Source: Octopus sinensis (taxonomy: Eukaryota). From it: a stretch of DNA of 64,000 nt. Within the stretch, counting starts at the first letter, position 1. Every line of letters begins with the position of its first letter. Position numbers and translations under genes: made by a program. Location of the stretch: NCBI RefSeq assembly GCF_006345805.1, contig NC_042999.1, forward strand, positions 147,622,001 through 147,686,000, written 5' to 3'. The notes beneath the pieces are model-generated. The model had not been told where the DNA came from. It did not search any database and was given only the letters and a program-made list of their open reading frames with translations. Shown in pieces: positions 1-13,965 of the stretch.

Positions 1-689
1 GCACACACACACACATACACACACACACAGATGCATATATGATACGCCCTCACACGTTCATACGTACATACATACATATATACATCCATAAATACACACA
101 TACATATACAGAAGCACACACGGGCTTATCTTTTTATAATTCAATATAGAAATATAAACCGTTGCCATATTGAGAGATTATAGAAAATGAGATTTCGTTC
201 CTTCCATACAAGTGAAACTACTTTCGATAGATAAATACGCATTTGTATACAGATAATTTCTGTTGCATTATTAATTCTGTTTTTCTGTCTTTTCCCCATT
301 AGGAGAGAGAAATTTGTTTCACAGCCAGTTTCCATAATTAAAAAGCAATCTTAACTGAAAGGAACTCCATAAGATTTTTCTTACACAAACAAAGGGAAAA
401 CTATCTATAAACAATCACTAATTTCGTAAGACATCTTGCAAGGAGGGCGAAATTTGTAGTATGTTGTATTTCTGATTTCCCATCATGCTGGTTGTCATCG
501 TCAAACTTCGCCAAAAATTGATCTAATCGTATATTTTTGATAATGCATGCTATGTCTATTATCATTCCGATGTATTTTGCATTATTTTGTAATTCTATTG
601 TTACAAATTTGAAATAATCATTATTAATATTTTGAATTACAGAAATCATGCTATGAAATTTTCAATGGTTTTCAATTTTACATACATAG

Positions 690-691
690 AT

Positions 692-771
<80 letters not shown>

Positions 772-801
772 CATACATATACATATATATATATGCGTAC
801 G

Positions 802-840
<39 letters not shown>

Positions 841-908
841 GCATTTATACGTACATATCTATCTATATTTATCTATCTTTCTTTCTATCTATCTATCTAT
901 CTATATAT

Positions 909-955
<47 letters not shown>

Positions 956-1417
956 CTACCTTAGAATGACAGATATCTTTGGAAAAAATATTACACAACT
1001 GAATGAGATTAAGACGAAATATTCTGTTTTCAGTAATGATAACATGAAATGAGAGTAACTCAACTTCTGTTTATATGCATACATATATTCATACTTACTA
1101 ATATTTACATATATACATACATACATCTGCATATATATATATATATTTACATATATATATATATATATACACACGTATATTTATGTAGTTATACGTATAT
1201 GCCTATTCATATATATATATATAAAAATATATATATATATGTATGCTTATACTTAGGTACGTGTGTATCAACTTATATACGTAAGTATGTCTGTGCATGG
1301 TTTTGTTTGTATTTGTTGATATTTATTATGGTACTTAATTCCGATTTGTTTACGCAAATTCATAATTAGGTATTGTTGCCAAATTATGTATTCAAGAATT
1401 GTAAATTCATGTTTGTG

Positions 1418-1497
<80 letters not shown>

Positions 1498-1500
1498 CAC
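690..1500. repeat. (TA)n / (TCTA)n microsatellite cluster
   Basis: Long pure and interrupted TA runs; explains the YI/IY-repeat ORFs here. Confidence 0.95.
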
Positions 1501-2743
1501 GTGTGTGAGTGTGTGTGTGTGTGTATGTATTTTTGTCCATGTATTTTTATCCGTCTATATGTCTGTATGCGTGTGCTTGTATGTTTGTGTGTGTAGGCGT
1601 ATGTACGTTTGCATATATACAAACATACACAAACACACATATATACACTAGAAGGTACACAGTAGTGTACGCGTACACATTCAAGTCTACACATCTTTCT
1701 ATATGTATAGTATTGGCAAAACTCCTATACACATATGGTGCAATACATCCGGCCATTAAAATAGCACAAACGCAATCAAAAATATACGTTTTGCGTCCCA
1801 GTAAATTAAATTCTCAAGTTAAATTCTCAGAATGCGTTATACATGCAAATTGATCTACCCAGTTTAGGTGAGGATTTCCTAATAGACACCTTAAAGCCAA
1901 CATGGCCGTGTAGACCTAAAAAAGGTATTCAACTACAGATGAAACTTCAATCACTGAATAAAAATTAATCAGGATGATCAGTCTTTTCATTTTATCCACG
2001 AAGAAATTTCGGAATAGTCGCAAAATATTTATTATCTTGCCCGTATAAAATATCTACTGAGGAAATCTCGGTAATCCAAAAATCCAACAAGGATAGGACC
2101 ACTGTCTCACTTGTTGGTCCACTGATATGATAACAGCATTCTCCAACTTGACTCAAAAGAAATGACTGCCGAAACAACACTGTTCTGTCATTACTGATTT
2201 CACTGATATTGACGCAAGGGATCAAAATGAAGTCAATCCTCAACATATTATCTCGGACATAACTTTTACTACTTCCGAAATCATAGCAGCAATAAAAGAG
2301 ATCAAGCACTATTCTAATGTAGGCGGTGATAGATTCCCCGCTAGTGTTCTGAATGAATCTATACACTAAGAAATATTCTAGACTCAGGCTATATACCGAT
2401 ACAGTTCTTATCTCAATCTGTCATTCCGGTCTTGAAAAAGTGGATCAGGTCCTTCGCAGTCAACTATCGCCCAGTCTCATTCACCTCCATATCATTAAAG
2501 TGTTTGAAAGTTATTATTTGTTTGCTTATAATACACGTCATCAACTCAATGTGTGCTTTGGACCAGCGACCAGGCGCTAAATACTCATAGGGATAGTTCG
2601 GATCAAGGACGAAAATGACATTTTTATAAATAATTAACTATAGCTCAGTATTGAGAGCTCATAAAGTATTGGAATAAAGTTCGAATGGAAGTTTAACTTT
2701 TATTTCAAAGTACCAGAGACAATTCTGACCAAAATTTTAACTT

Positions 2744-3955
2744 TTAGTCATCAATTGTTGCGCCTCCTTTGGCAATGACTCCCTCAACCCTCTTCCTGGC
2801 TGCACCAAAAGCTTTCTTAAGGAATTCCTTAATGTCTTTCTTCCTACGCCCTACGGATGGTGTATTTGAGGCGTTGCATGTTGCTGTGGGTCTTCTCACA
2901 AGCATTTTTGACCAGTTCATTCCAGATGCTGACGTCTAAAGGGATCGAATCAGCTGATGAATTGAGCCTATTGTCTTTATCCCGAAACCTGTCTTCCAAC
3001 TCATCCCTGGGAAATATTTGATTCACTGCAGTTGGGGGATAAAGAATGTAAACTTAAAGCTCTTAGCGACCTTGTCTCAGGATATTCAGAAAGAAACCAG
3101 ATATTTACATCTTCCAAAACCTGAACATAACAAATTCCTGTTGTCTCTCAACCTTCTCAAAGATGACCAATGGCAACTTCTTGCCATCGCATGTCGCACA
3201 GGCAAAATCATTGATTTGGTAGGTTTTTGCGCTTGAAAATGACATTTTTGACACTCTCGAGAGAAGATGAAGCCAGAAAGTTGGGTTGCGTCGGTTTGTG
3301 TGCGTATCTTGGGAGAAATTCTTCTAACTTGTATAAAAGGTCACTCCAGGATTATGTTTCCCTTTATTCAATATGATCTCCAACTTTTTGTCCTGGAATA
3401 ACAAGGTACCGCACACGTTTCAGTACGATTTCATTTTTAAGTCTTATGTCATCGCTCTTCGAACTGTCATAGCCGAAACCCCTCTCTTACGTGCCAAAGG
3501 TCTTATGAATTGAGTCAGATCTCATCTAATTAATCTCTTCATCTCGAGATTGAAATAATGCTTCTTCTTCCGGTTGTGACCTGCTGATCCAGTTTTCTTT
3601 TCCACTATTTGTTCTTCCTCAAACTTATTCACATATCTCTTGAAGGTTTTTCAATGGATTTTGAAGATGGTAGTCAGAGAATGAATTTTGGCACCATTAC
3701 TGATGATCATAACTCGCCCAACATTGCTCATTTGGGAAGACATGGTGAAGTTGGCACAAAACGATTTCACCCTGTCCTCTTTCTAACTGAATATATCAAT
3801 GGGTCTTTTACTGGTTCTTACAAAAGCGATTCTTACAAAAGCTGGCGTCTATATTGCCAGATGTCATATCTGGAAAACTGGAAAATTGCAAATCGATTTC
3901 TTTATTGGTGTTAAGAAATTTTAAGTGAGCGGGAGAATTTTGCTGTTACACCCGG
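2744..3955 (-). mobile_element. Degenerate Tc1/mariner (maT-like) transposon, transposase pseudogene ~3743->2744
   Basis: Manual minus-strand translation gives the HTH-like RPLARKRGVSAMTVRRAM*DLKMKSY, then KNFSQD..NRRN, PLDVSIWNELVKNACEKTHSN..LK..IRRA and RKRVEGVIAKGGATIDD*. Many stops and frameshifts. TIR-like CCGGGTGTAACAGC ends at 3955; the opposite TIR was not found. Confidence 0.8.
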
Positions 3956-4000
3956 CATATATATTTACACGTACAATCATGCACACAGACACACCCACAC

Positions 4001-4014
<14 letters not shown>

Positions 4015-4081
<67 letters not shown>

Positions 4082-4106
4082 CAGAGAGACAGAGACAGAC
4101 AGAGAC

Positions 4107-4150
<44 letters not shown>
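4015..4150. repeat. (TA)n-(GA)n/(GAGACA)n microsatellite
   Basis: Direct reading. Confidence 0.95.
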
Positions 4151-4152
<2 letters not shown>

Positions 4153-5744
4153 ATATAGATAAATATATACGGATACATATATGCACACACACACATATAT
4201 ATATACATATATACATATGTGTGTATGTATCTATACATCTATATATATACATCCGTTTTCTCACCACCTTCATCGCTTATCCTCTTGTTTGCTACGTTGC
4301 GTCTTCTTATCTTCACACTGACTCTCCTCTTAAATGCATTTCTTTATTTGAACGTGTTGTGATTCATAGAACATAGTTATATACTTCGTATACAGCAAAG
4401 CTACGCTAATTATGTTTTCATAAATATTTCGCACGTGTCAATGTTGAAGTACTATGATTTACATACTAAGTAAATAAATGTTAAATACTGTCATAATCAT
4501 TTAAAACACCCCACCCTACACTTGGATTGCGACTGAAGCATAGGTCCCAGCCAGAAACAGCGTTAAGTATTCAAAACTTTTGACAAAATTCTTTAAGAAA
4601 GAGTTTCAACGAAAATCAGTTCCAAGCAAATATTCTTAGATATGCAAAACATTTCATCGCATATTTATTCACGAAAAGTGAGGTCCCATTTCAGTAGATA
4701 TTTAGCAACCATAAGATCCCCTAAGACACGATGCCTACTTAAAATTTCATCGCTTGAGTCAGACAATTTCAGAAAATGCGGAGAGCTTAGTAAACTATTC
4801 CGATATAGATTATTATGTACGGTGCAAAAGCTATGTACATGTCAAGCATCAGATTTAAACTAACGAGCAAACATAGTAATTCCTCATTCACTAATACAAC
4901 TCACCTTTAGTGCATAGGATAGACAGTATACACAAAAGTAAAGGAAACGTAAATTAACGCCACCAGATCTGAGGGAGATGAAGATTTACGATTAAACTAA
5001 AATTGGAAGACACCAACTTTCTAAATTCTTTTCAGATACGATAATTGAACTTAAGTAGGAAATCTAACGAGAAATAAGATAAATCATTATTAACAATGGA
5101 ACTCTGTTCTGTACATTGAAAGAAAAGAATCTACATAAGAGAACTACTGGAGAAATGGTTGTTAACTGGGATATCTAAAGTTGTATCAGTATATCTAAGT
5201 ACGATATGTATAGTAACCAACAACTGTCATGAATTCGGAGATAGTCTCAACACGATTTTCGAGTAAGATAAGGAAAGAAAAAAAAACGGAATATAAGAGT
5301 ACGGTACAATATGACCAAAAAACAATCACACGCAAAAAGAAAAAAATTAAAGTGGAATCAAAGAAAGAACTGAAGATATTCACAATGATAATGTTTATTT
5401 TATATCCTTTTGGTTAGGAAAAATAGTAATAAAAACATATATCTCTTGGGAGATGTAGCATATATTTTGTGTGTAATTTAAAAAAAAACAAAAACAAAAA
5501 CAAATGACTGTAGGCAGCATAAAAGAAGTAAATTTAATCAAGAATAGTGTAAGAGACAACATGAGAGAATGTACTAGAAATCGCAGTGTTTCGAATCTTC
5601 AGCGTTGTTCAATTAGATTTTTTATATATTCAACTGAATAATGAAATATTAAAAATACTTAGGTTCACGATATATGTAACACACACGCACACGTGTGCAT
5701 ACATATAGGTATTTATATGCCTTATAATTTCTAGAGTAGTGAGT

Positions 5745-6015
5745 TGATATATACAATACTTTTGAGATGAGGTGTAGTGTTACGTTTTGTTGCCTTCAGT
5801 GTTTTAATGCCTAATTTCTTAGCACGCTTACTACCATCATCTATAAGTGAGAGTGGGTATTGTCTTTCAGCTAGTGCTATTCTGAAGTCTTGAAGATTCC
5901 GAGTATTTCTATTGTGCAAATTAAAGGGGTTATTAAAGGGGGTATTACTGTGCTGTTTTTCGGGTGGCATGAGTTAAACAGGAGCTATTGGTTCAAGTCT
6001 GTAGGAAATAATTGT
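5745..6015 (-). mobile_element. Penelope-like RT C-terminal fragment
   Basis: FPTDLNQ*LLFNSCHP..(N)PFNL..RN..LQDFRIALAERQYPLSLIDDGSKRAKKL resembles the PLE RT thumb pattern KPTD..QYL...S.HP..IPF.LARR..L..R.YP..LI. Confidence 0.7.
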
Positions 6016-6199
6016 TCTGAAGTATAAATTTTAAAGATGCAATAATATAGACTAAAATCGTCTTAAAAATATACGAAATTACAATAATTTCAGTGTCATG
6101 ATTAGCGAAGGTGAATATGAAATATATTTAAAAATATATTAATATATATTAAAACTATGTAAAATGTGTGCATTTTCCTTCTTTTATTATATATATATA

Positions 6200-6560
6200 T
6201 ATATAATTATTATTTGAGGGAATATAAATCCAAACTTACAGCGGAAAAATTTCAATTTAGAAATACTGAATCAAATTTTACACAATATAATATATATATA
6301 AAAAATTAGAAAAAAACACCTTTTATCAATTCAAAATGAACAATTAAATTACACCACCCAGAAAATTACATATATTAGAAATATTAAAATTAAAAAAACA
6401 ATAAAATTTCAATGATTAAGTAAATTGCAAAAAAATAATAAAAAACGTATATAATTGGTAGAATAAAGACACATGTTTCGTGGCTATATTTAAGAAATGT
6501 CTATAGTAGTAGTAAAATCACTTCGATATAAATATAGTCACTCATCAGGTTAAAAATAAA
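6200..6560. mobile_element. AT-rich PLE pseudo-LTR-like remnant with a decayed hammerhead motif (minus strand, 6468-6548)
   Basis: 6200-6350 resembles the reverse complement of ~44660-44820. The minus strand reads CTGATGA, an 11-of-12-bp stem II, GAAAC-ATGT-GTC; stem I does not pair. Confidence 0.5.
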
Positions 6561-8689
6561 CTATAATAATAAAATAATTAATTAATAAATATACTTTAAT
6601 ATATATATATATGAAAATACTAAATATACATAAGTGAAACCTAAAACAATACTTAAATTATTAAAAATTTTAAAATTAATTAAAATACACAATGCTATTA
6701 CATGTCATTAAATTGTAATCAAAATAAGAAATGGTTCAAATATAGACAAACTCCTTAAATAAGCTAACTATATAATAATAAATATACATATGTAGTATCT
6801 ATAGATTTAATATATCAATGTATAACAAAGTTGACTAAATATTAAATAATATAATACCTAATTAACTTAAAATTAATATTACATAATAAATATGCCACTT
6901 AATAATATATATTATTTAATTTTATTTAGCTGATCTGCACAATGAACATTCAGTTATCGCATTCCGTATATCAGCCTGTGTTCTCGGCTTTATTAACAGC
7001 AATCTACATCTTCAGCCGAGAATCGCGGCTTTCAGTCATGAAAGGCAGTAAAATGTGCAGTGTTTCTTCCCGAACAGTTGAGCAAATTACCACAGAAAAA
7101 AATATTTGTAACTAAGTAACATGGGCCAAGCTTGGTACAGTAATGACCAGATTGAGGCCTCATTGCCAAATTGGATCTCTTCCACCCGACCACCGTGTAG
7201 CTTCTGCTCTCTGCATTGAAAGAATATCAATGACCACTCTCGCTGCTAAGCCCATCGGTTACTATTTTTCCTGATTGAATCCTTAAACTCTTTTTCTCTA
7301 TTTTCCCTCTAATTTATATTCTCAGCTTCTCTTTCTTTACTAAATCTTATCACCCATCTTAATTTCCCCATGTACTGGGTAACTAAAATGCCAATTCGAA
7401 GTCTGTATTATTTACGCACCAGGAACGATACGTTCAGCTTACAGTAACCGGATTCTTGTCTACGCGTTCTTAGTCAATTACGCAGATAATATATCTGTGA
7501 CGTGTAGAAATGAATGCTTTATATTATAGAAAGACTGTTAATTTTACTTTTTGGCCGAGATGAATGATATATCAGCGCAAGTGAGTGTCTGTGTATACGC
7601 TTTTACTCTGGAAGACTGGCGTGTTATCTTCTGGGATTATGATTTTGGAGTTTGCAATTGTCTTTGTAAGTATGTCAGTTGCTGTTGTTTCTGATGGCAA
7701 ATATGCAGTAGCAGCATCTGGCACAGCTGATTTTGACTTTCTTCGTTTGTGTTAATGGTGCGTGCAGCACTAAGACGCTTCTTTCCCCCTGTTCTTTGTT
7801 ATGAACCGAAAAACCTCAGTCTTTCTGCTCTTACCCACCACGAACTGCTGCATACCATATGGCAGATTAATCAGTGCACCTTGAGAGGCTTGAATCAGTA
7901 CTCCCATCCCAGAAGTAGAATTAATTTCATTTTGCATTTATAATATGATCATTTGTGCTACCACATCTAGTTGTTACCCGCAAGGTGATATCTATTTCTT
8001 GTAGTATGTCACTCACCTATATTTCCACTACTCACCAACTGAGGTTAACTATTGTGATTACCAGTTTGTCGTTATTTAAAAGAGCTATTGTTTGTTCCCT
8101 AGCTTCCCCCTCGGTTAGAAATCTCACCTCAAACTGTGCAGAACCTTTACATCGACAACATAGGTTTCTGTAGTTCGCAATGGTTTCAGACATTTTTTAG
8201 CATAGCCCTGCACTACCCACTCTACTCACCCGGACTTTACTCTATACACTTATATGTTAAGTATATGAGATCTGATGCCGTAAAGTATCCATTAGGCTTT
8301 TTTTGACTATCCTGGATATTTTCCAGTATCAAATCCTGCGGCAATAGACGAAGTACATCTGCCCGAATCGTATTAGCAAAACTTACCAGCTGCCATGTTG
8401 GCGCTGCTATTTTATATTATATTTATATTAAACACATTGGTGGCAATGGTGGCAGTCTTTTTGCTTTACAAAATAATCGCTACTCTTCTCTGGTTCTTAC
8501 TATTATGTTTGTTTATATTTCTCTTAATGCTACTGATTGCAGCGATATTAATTGTGACGACGCTACTTTTACTGCCGTTATCCTTTGCCTTTTGACATAT
8601 TACATTGATGTTGCTGTAGCTTTTGCTGATATAGTTGTAGTATTCGTTCATAATGCAGGTGAAGTCTGCACAGCCATGTTAAGTTAAAG

Positions 8690-9200
8690 CCAGCCATTTT
8701 AATTTTGAAATACTTGATAGTCAGATATTTTTAATCTTGTTGCGAGCATTCCTGTCCTTTGATTGAGCACGTTTTACTGGCTGCGAACAAGATACGTTTT
8801 ATCATTAAACTTCAAGAGCAGCTGGCTTTTATCCTCAATAGTGGTCATATATTCAATCTTCTTAGCAGTGAGAAGCAGACCGTCTTTGGTTGCATTATCA
8901 AATGATATTTACAAATCTTGCGCATCATCCAGTTGATGAGGAGCGTGGACAACATCGTCATCAGAGTGATGATCAATACAGGCTCTACTACAACTTGATC
9001 GCTCTGCTTAAGGACGACGATATAGACTTGGATGAAGACAATCATTAGCATAATGCTGTACTCAAAGACTCCTACAATAACGTCGGCAAGACCGTAACAA
9101 CATTGAAAAAAGTACACCTTGTCACATCGATTAAGCCTAACATTTGCATTAAGATTACACCGCGTCTGTGAAATACCTATATAATTATACGTCAATCCAG
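8690..9200 (-). mobile_element. Highly decayed RTE-like LINE RT fragment
   Basis: Across frames: IVGVFEYSIMLMIVFIQV (GVLQGD-like position), DHHSDDDV..HQLDDAQDL (YADD region), DGLLLTAKKIEYMT. Confidence 0.5.
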
Positions 9201-9950
9201 GAGACGATAAATTAGCTGATCGACAAATTATCTTCTTCGAATGGCGATAATCGACCCTGGCACGGACTAAGACCCACAGAGGCACTAAGAACTTTAAAAT
9301 TTTTGGTGCCCTCATATATATGTAATTCAAAATATAAACAATAATACCATTAAATAAATTCATATTTTTGAAAATGAAATAGAAGTAACAGTATGATGGA
9401 AAATAATACGATCAAGTTTATTTATATTACAAAAGTTTTCTCTGACTTTTTTTAAATAGCAAAGTCTTTGATCAGATCCTCACTATGAACACTTCGAAAT
9501 TATATTTACAATCATATAAATCACTTTTAGTGAGTTTAAAGTGATTTCTTTTGTGCCGTAAACCATTTACTATTTCTGTGGTGTCCCTCTCCTTTTCTTG
9601 CTGCCCTAAACACGTCCTTATTTTGCTTTATGGTAAATCCAGCACTAGATCGATCACATATAGAGAAAATGGAAACACAATTATTTATCGAAATTTTATT
9701 ATATTTTTATTCGTGTTAAGACTATAAGGGTATATTTCTGAGAAGCCCCAAGATACCCCGCTTCAAAATATTTTTGTAAATTATTTTTTCAGGCAGTGAA
9801 ATTTTGGTAAATTTCAGACCTGCCAAGACTAATATGAAAAACACGCCTAACGCCAGTAGTAGTCACTAATGATGTTAATGATGACGATGACAACAGCAGC
9901 AAAAGCATTGGCAATAAAACAACACTGGCAACAATGACATTAATAATAAC

Positions 9951-9954
<4 letters not shown>

Positions 9955-9984
<30 letters not shown>

Positions 9985-10290
9985 TTTGATGGTGGTGATG
10001 ATGATACTGGTGGTGGTAGTTGTGGTGGTGGTGGTGGTGGTGGTGACGGTGGAGTACTGTCAGTGGTGGTATTGTCAGTTGTGGTGGTTGTGGTGGGGAT
10101 ATTGGCAGCGGCGGCGATGGCGGCGATGGTGGCGGCGGAGGTGTTGGTGGTGTAGGTGGTAGTGATGTTAGTGTCAGTGATGGTGGTGTTGTTGATGGAG
10201 TTATTGGTAGCGGCGGCGGTGGCGGTGGTGGTGGTGGTGGTGGTGGTGGTGGTTGTGGTGTTTGTGGTGGTGGTGGTGGTGGTTGTATGG
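9955..10290. repeat. (AAT)n and (GGT)n microsatellites
   Basis: Direct reading. Confidence 0.9.
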
Positions 10291-11137
10291 TAAATATGCT
10301 AGTGATTAGAGCAATTGCATCGTTGGCACCAGAAATACTGCGATCACACTACATTAAGCCGTTATCTAGCTGCAATGTGAAAACAAGTTACAACTATTAC
10401 TAAAATAGACTTGATACCTGTCTCTGGTAGAATCGCTTAACGATATTGATTTCCACTTACTCACCTTTCGAAATGCGTTTGACGAATACATATAAGACAA
10501 TGCAGAACAGCTAAATTTTCCTCAATACTCATTTACGCGTCATAAAAATGAAGGATATATTAGACTCAACTGTCTGAAATATACTGAGTTCAATTAAAAA
10601 CATGACAGTCACTGCTTAATCTGCTCTTGATCTAGGAGTAACTTGACATTCAAACCACTACAACTACTACCACCACAAAAAAAAGAAAACAGTAACCATT
10701 ACAAAATGATGGTGTGGCATGTCGAAATAGGAACTAAATCAACCTCAAATCTCATTGTGTTCCCTTAAAAACAGTTAACCTTGGTATACGATGATTACAA
10801 TAGAAATCAAAGCATATTGTGGTACAGATTTATGAATGTAAGTTGTTTCTGTTATAACTTAGATTTATTAAACCAAACCACGATACGTTTTGAAATGTGA
10901 CTCAACAACACCAGAAACAATAAAAGCGAGCACAATGATGACGGCAGCAACTATGACGAACACAGTGGTGGTGGTAGCCGCGGTGATGTGAATTTTAGAT
11001 GAGAGTCTTACTCTTATATACATTATGCGAATTTTGATTCTGTGACTCTTTCAACAGTTTTTATTCGATTTTCGAATATAAAAGTATTAAAAAATCAACA
11101 GGAATTCTATCATCCAAATGATAGATAAACAGTTTAT

Positions 11138-11541
11138 AGGCGCAGAAATGGCTGTGTGGTAAGTAGCTTGCCTACCAACTACATTGATCCGGGTTCAATC
11201 AAAGTGCGTGGCACCTTGAGCAAGTGTCTTCTACTATAGGCCCGAGCTGACGAAAAGCCTTGTGAGTGGATTTGGTAGACGGAAACTGAAAGAAGCCTGT
11301 CGTATATATGTATGTATGTGTGTGTATATGTTTGTGTGTCTGTGTTTGTCCCCCCACCATATCGCTTGACAACAGATGCTGGTGTGTTTAAGTCCCCGGA
11401 ACTTAGCGGTTCGGCAAAAGATACCAATAGAATAAGTACTAAGCTTACAAAGAATAAGTCCTGGGGTCGATTTCTTCGACTAAAGGAGGTACTCCAGCAT
11501 GGCCGCAGTCGAATGACTGAAACAAGTAAAAGAGTAAAAGA
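11138..11541 (+). mobile_element. tRNA-derived SINE family 1, full length (octopus OR/CORE-like)
   Basis: Head AGGCGCAG..TGGCTGTGTGGTAAG (A box) and GGTTCAATC (B box); CCTTG(A/G)GCAAGT core-like motif; internal TA/TG tract; (GTAAAAGA)n tail. About 9 homologues in the window. Confidence 0.9.
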
Positions 11542-12150
11542 ATTCGAATCCTGACAAATCTTTTGCGTTGAATCTGTGGTCGATAAACTTCAAGCATTAA
11601 TGTTGCAAGTTTAACAATCATTTCCAATTCGCTCACTACTACACCTTGATTTTCCCCCTTAACTTACTTTCACTACAAGCATGTCTATCTCTTTGAATAT
11701 GTGTGCGATAAACAAATTAATATATGTACAATTGGTTGTAGGTTGACTGTAATTTCCGAACCTTTTAACATTCAGTCGTTCAGTCGATAATCAGTCGCCG
11801 ACCTACACCCATAATCGCATAATCGACACTATTTTTTTCAGTATGCTACCCAGTATATATCCAAAGTAACTGGTTTCATATATCAGAGACATATCTGATT
11901 ATTAGATAATTTATACATATGCACTTGTATATGTGTATTTTTAATTCTTGTAGTTCATTAACGTAATTATCTGTTGAAGTTGTTTATAGATTTATTCATC
12001 CAAAATTCCAACAGAGTTACATTAATTTGTTAAAACTTCTGTTGTACATAACTGATTTATATTCAACTAGGCGGTTATTCGCAATACCAGTAAATATTTC
12101 CCCCTCTTCAAATACATATTGCGTTTCAAACGTAGCACGTCCATTATGAA

Positions 12151-12198
<48 letters not shown>

Positions 12199-12315
12199 AA
12201 TCAAGGAGCGGCCATAATAGGCCATTCACCCACTAGAAATAACAGCCAAAAGCTTCAACCGCAAAATAACATCAATTCCGTAACCAGGAGAAAATTAAAA
12301 AACATTTACCCTGTA

Positions 12316-12421
12316 ATTTCTTATACGATGCACCGTTTCATCTACTGTTTAATGGTAAACTAACCTGATTAATTAAATCAAGCCAATCTACCATAGGCCC
12401 TTAGATTCATCAGTAAGAAAT
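12316..12421 (-). ncRNA. Type I hammerhead ribozyme, element A, antisense-arm copy
   Basis: Reverse complement of the 12882-12988 motif, with a 1-nt deletion in the stem II loop. Confidence 0.8.
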
Positions 12422-12881
12422 AGCCAAGTCGGAACAGATATTTTTCACGAGGCATTCCCGTCCCTGCCTCGGCAATATCTGACCTAAAATTTTCAAATCA
12501 TCGCACTCGCGCCAAATTTATCGGCAGCAAATAAATATAAGCCGCCGATTCCATTACGGAATTAACCAGAAAATTCATAATTAATCAATATAGGGTGGCA
12601 AAAAATTTTGTAGATTTTTTTTGCCACCAGCGGCCTAGTGGGAAAAAATTAAATAGTCATAGACCATTTCTAAGTTCAACATCACAATCAAGGAGCGGCC
12701 ATAATAGGCCATTCACCCACTAGAAATAACAGCCAAAAGCTTCAACCGCAAAATAACATCAATTCCGTAAATTTGCTGCCGATAAATTTGGCGCGAGTGC
12801 GATGATTTGAAAATTTTAGGTCAGATATTGCCGAGGCAGGGACGGGAATGCCTCGTGAAAAATATCTGTTCCGACTTGGCT

Positions 12882-12988
12882 ATTTCTTACTGATGAATCT
12901 AAGGGCCTATGGTAGATTGGCTTGATTTAATTTAATCAGGTTAGTTTACCATTAAACAGTAGATGAAACGGTGCATCGTATAAGAAAT
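12882..12988 (+). ncRNA. Type I hammerhead ribozyme with extended stem II, element A
   Basis: Stem I ATTTCTTA/TAAGAAAT (8 bp); CTGATGA 12890-12896; stem II ATCTA..TAGAT; GAAA 12965-12968; stem III ACGG/TCGT with TGCA loop; GTA triplet, predicted cut after 12980. Confidence 0.85.
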
Positions 12989-13370
12989 TACAGGGTAAAT
13001 GTTTTTTAATTTTCTCCTGGTTTACGGAATTGATGTTATTTTGCGGTTGAAGCTTTTGGCTGTTATTTCTAGTGGGTGAATGGCCTATTATGGCCGCTCC
13101 TTGATTGTGATGTTGAACTTAGAAATGGTCTATGACTATTTAATTTTTTCCCACTAGGCCGCTGGTGGCAAAAAAATTCTACAAAATTTTTTGCCACCCT
13201 ATATTGATTAATTATGAATTTTCTGGTTAATTCCGTAATGGAATCGGCGGCTTATATTTATTTGCTGCCGATAAATTTGGCGCGAGTGCGATGATTTGAA
13301 AATTTTAGGTCAGATATTGCCGAGGCAGGGACGGGAATGCCTCGTGAAAAATATCTGTTCCGACTTGGCT

Positions 13371-13477
13371 ATTTCTTACTGATGAATCTAAGGGCCTATG
13401 GTAGATTGGCTTGATTTAATTTAATCAGGTTAGTTTACCATTAAACAGTAGATGAAACGGTGCATCGTATAAGAAAT
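13371..13477 (+). ncRNA. Type I hammerhead ribozyme, element A, second sense copy
   Basis: Same motif one period downstream; CTGATGA 13379-13385; predicted cut after 13469. Confidence 0.85.
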
Positions 13478-13746
13478 TACAGGGTAAATGTTTTTTAATT
13501 TTCTCCTGGTTTACGGATTGATGTTATTTTGCGGTTGAAGCTTTTGGCTGTTATTTCTAGTGGGTGAATGGCCTATTATGGCCGCTCCTTGATTGTGATG
13601 TTGAACTTAGAAATGGTCTATGACTATTTAATTTTTTCCCACTAGGCCGCTGGTGGCAAAAAAATTCTACAAAATTTTTTGCCACCCTATATTGATTAAT
13701 TATATATATATATATATATATATAATATATTATATATATATATATA

Positions 13747-13937
13747 TAGGGTGGGGAGATTTCACGAAAGAAACAGAAGACGAAGACAGGTGGTGTACAA
13801 AACAAACAGATGTATTAGTATAACGCCCAGGAACTGAAAAAGTCTTTTACGTTTCGAGCCTACGCTCTTCCACAGAAAGGGACACAGAAAAAAACATGGA
13901 GAGAAAAAAATGTGTGCAGTGGCTACCGATCTATCAT
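13747..13937 (-). mobile_element. PLE pseudo-LTR family P, copy 1, with minimal HHR-like motif (13844-13879)
   Basis: Homologous to 17146-17325, 24961-25168 and 57893-58120. Minus strand reads CTTT-CTGTGGAA-GAGC-GTAG-GCTC-GAAA-CG-TA-AAAG. Confidence 0.75.
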
Positions 13938-13965
13938 ATATATATATATATATATATATTTATTT

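Larger units (their letters stand above)
12194..13703 (+). mobile_element. HHR-bearing non-coding tandem/inverted element A (~489-nt unit; retrozyme-like or non-autonomous PLE)
   Basis: Left arm 12194-12771 is antisense (period 487); right arm 12771-13703 is sense (period 489). Copies are near-identical and flanked by (TA)n. No internal ORF of 60 aa or more. Confidence 0.85.

Noticed and set aside
1992-2700. Atlastin-like (YPYEY, TAKDLIHFFK) or Gypsy gag-like (GESITAYI..CYDFG..VRD) words on the minus strand
   Set aside because: Short matches in different frames with many stops; I cannot distinguish them from chance without a profile search.
11138-11215. tRNA genes at SINE heads
   Set aside because: A and B boxes are present but there is no complete cloverleaf; they continue into SINE bodies.
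12194-13703. Elements A and B as CRISPR arrays, simple satellites or TIR-bounded MITEs
   Set aside because: No repeat-spacer pattern; arm ends are permuted rather than matched TIRs; no target duplication; an HHR in every full unit fits a retro-RNA origin better.
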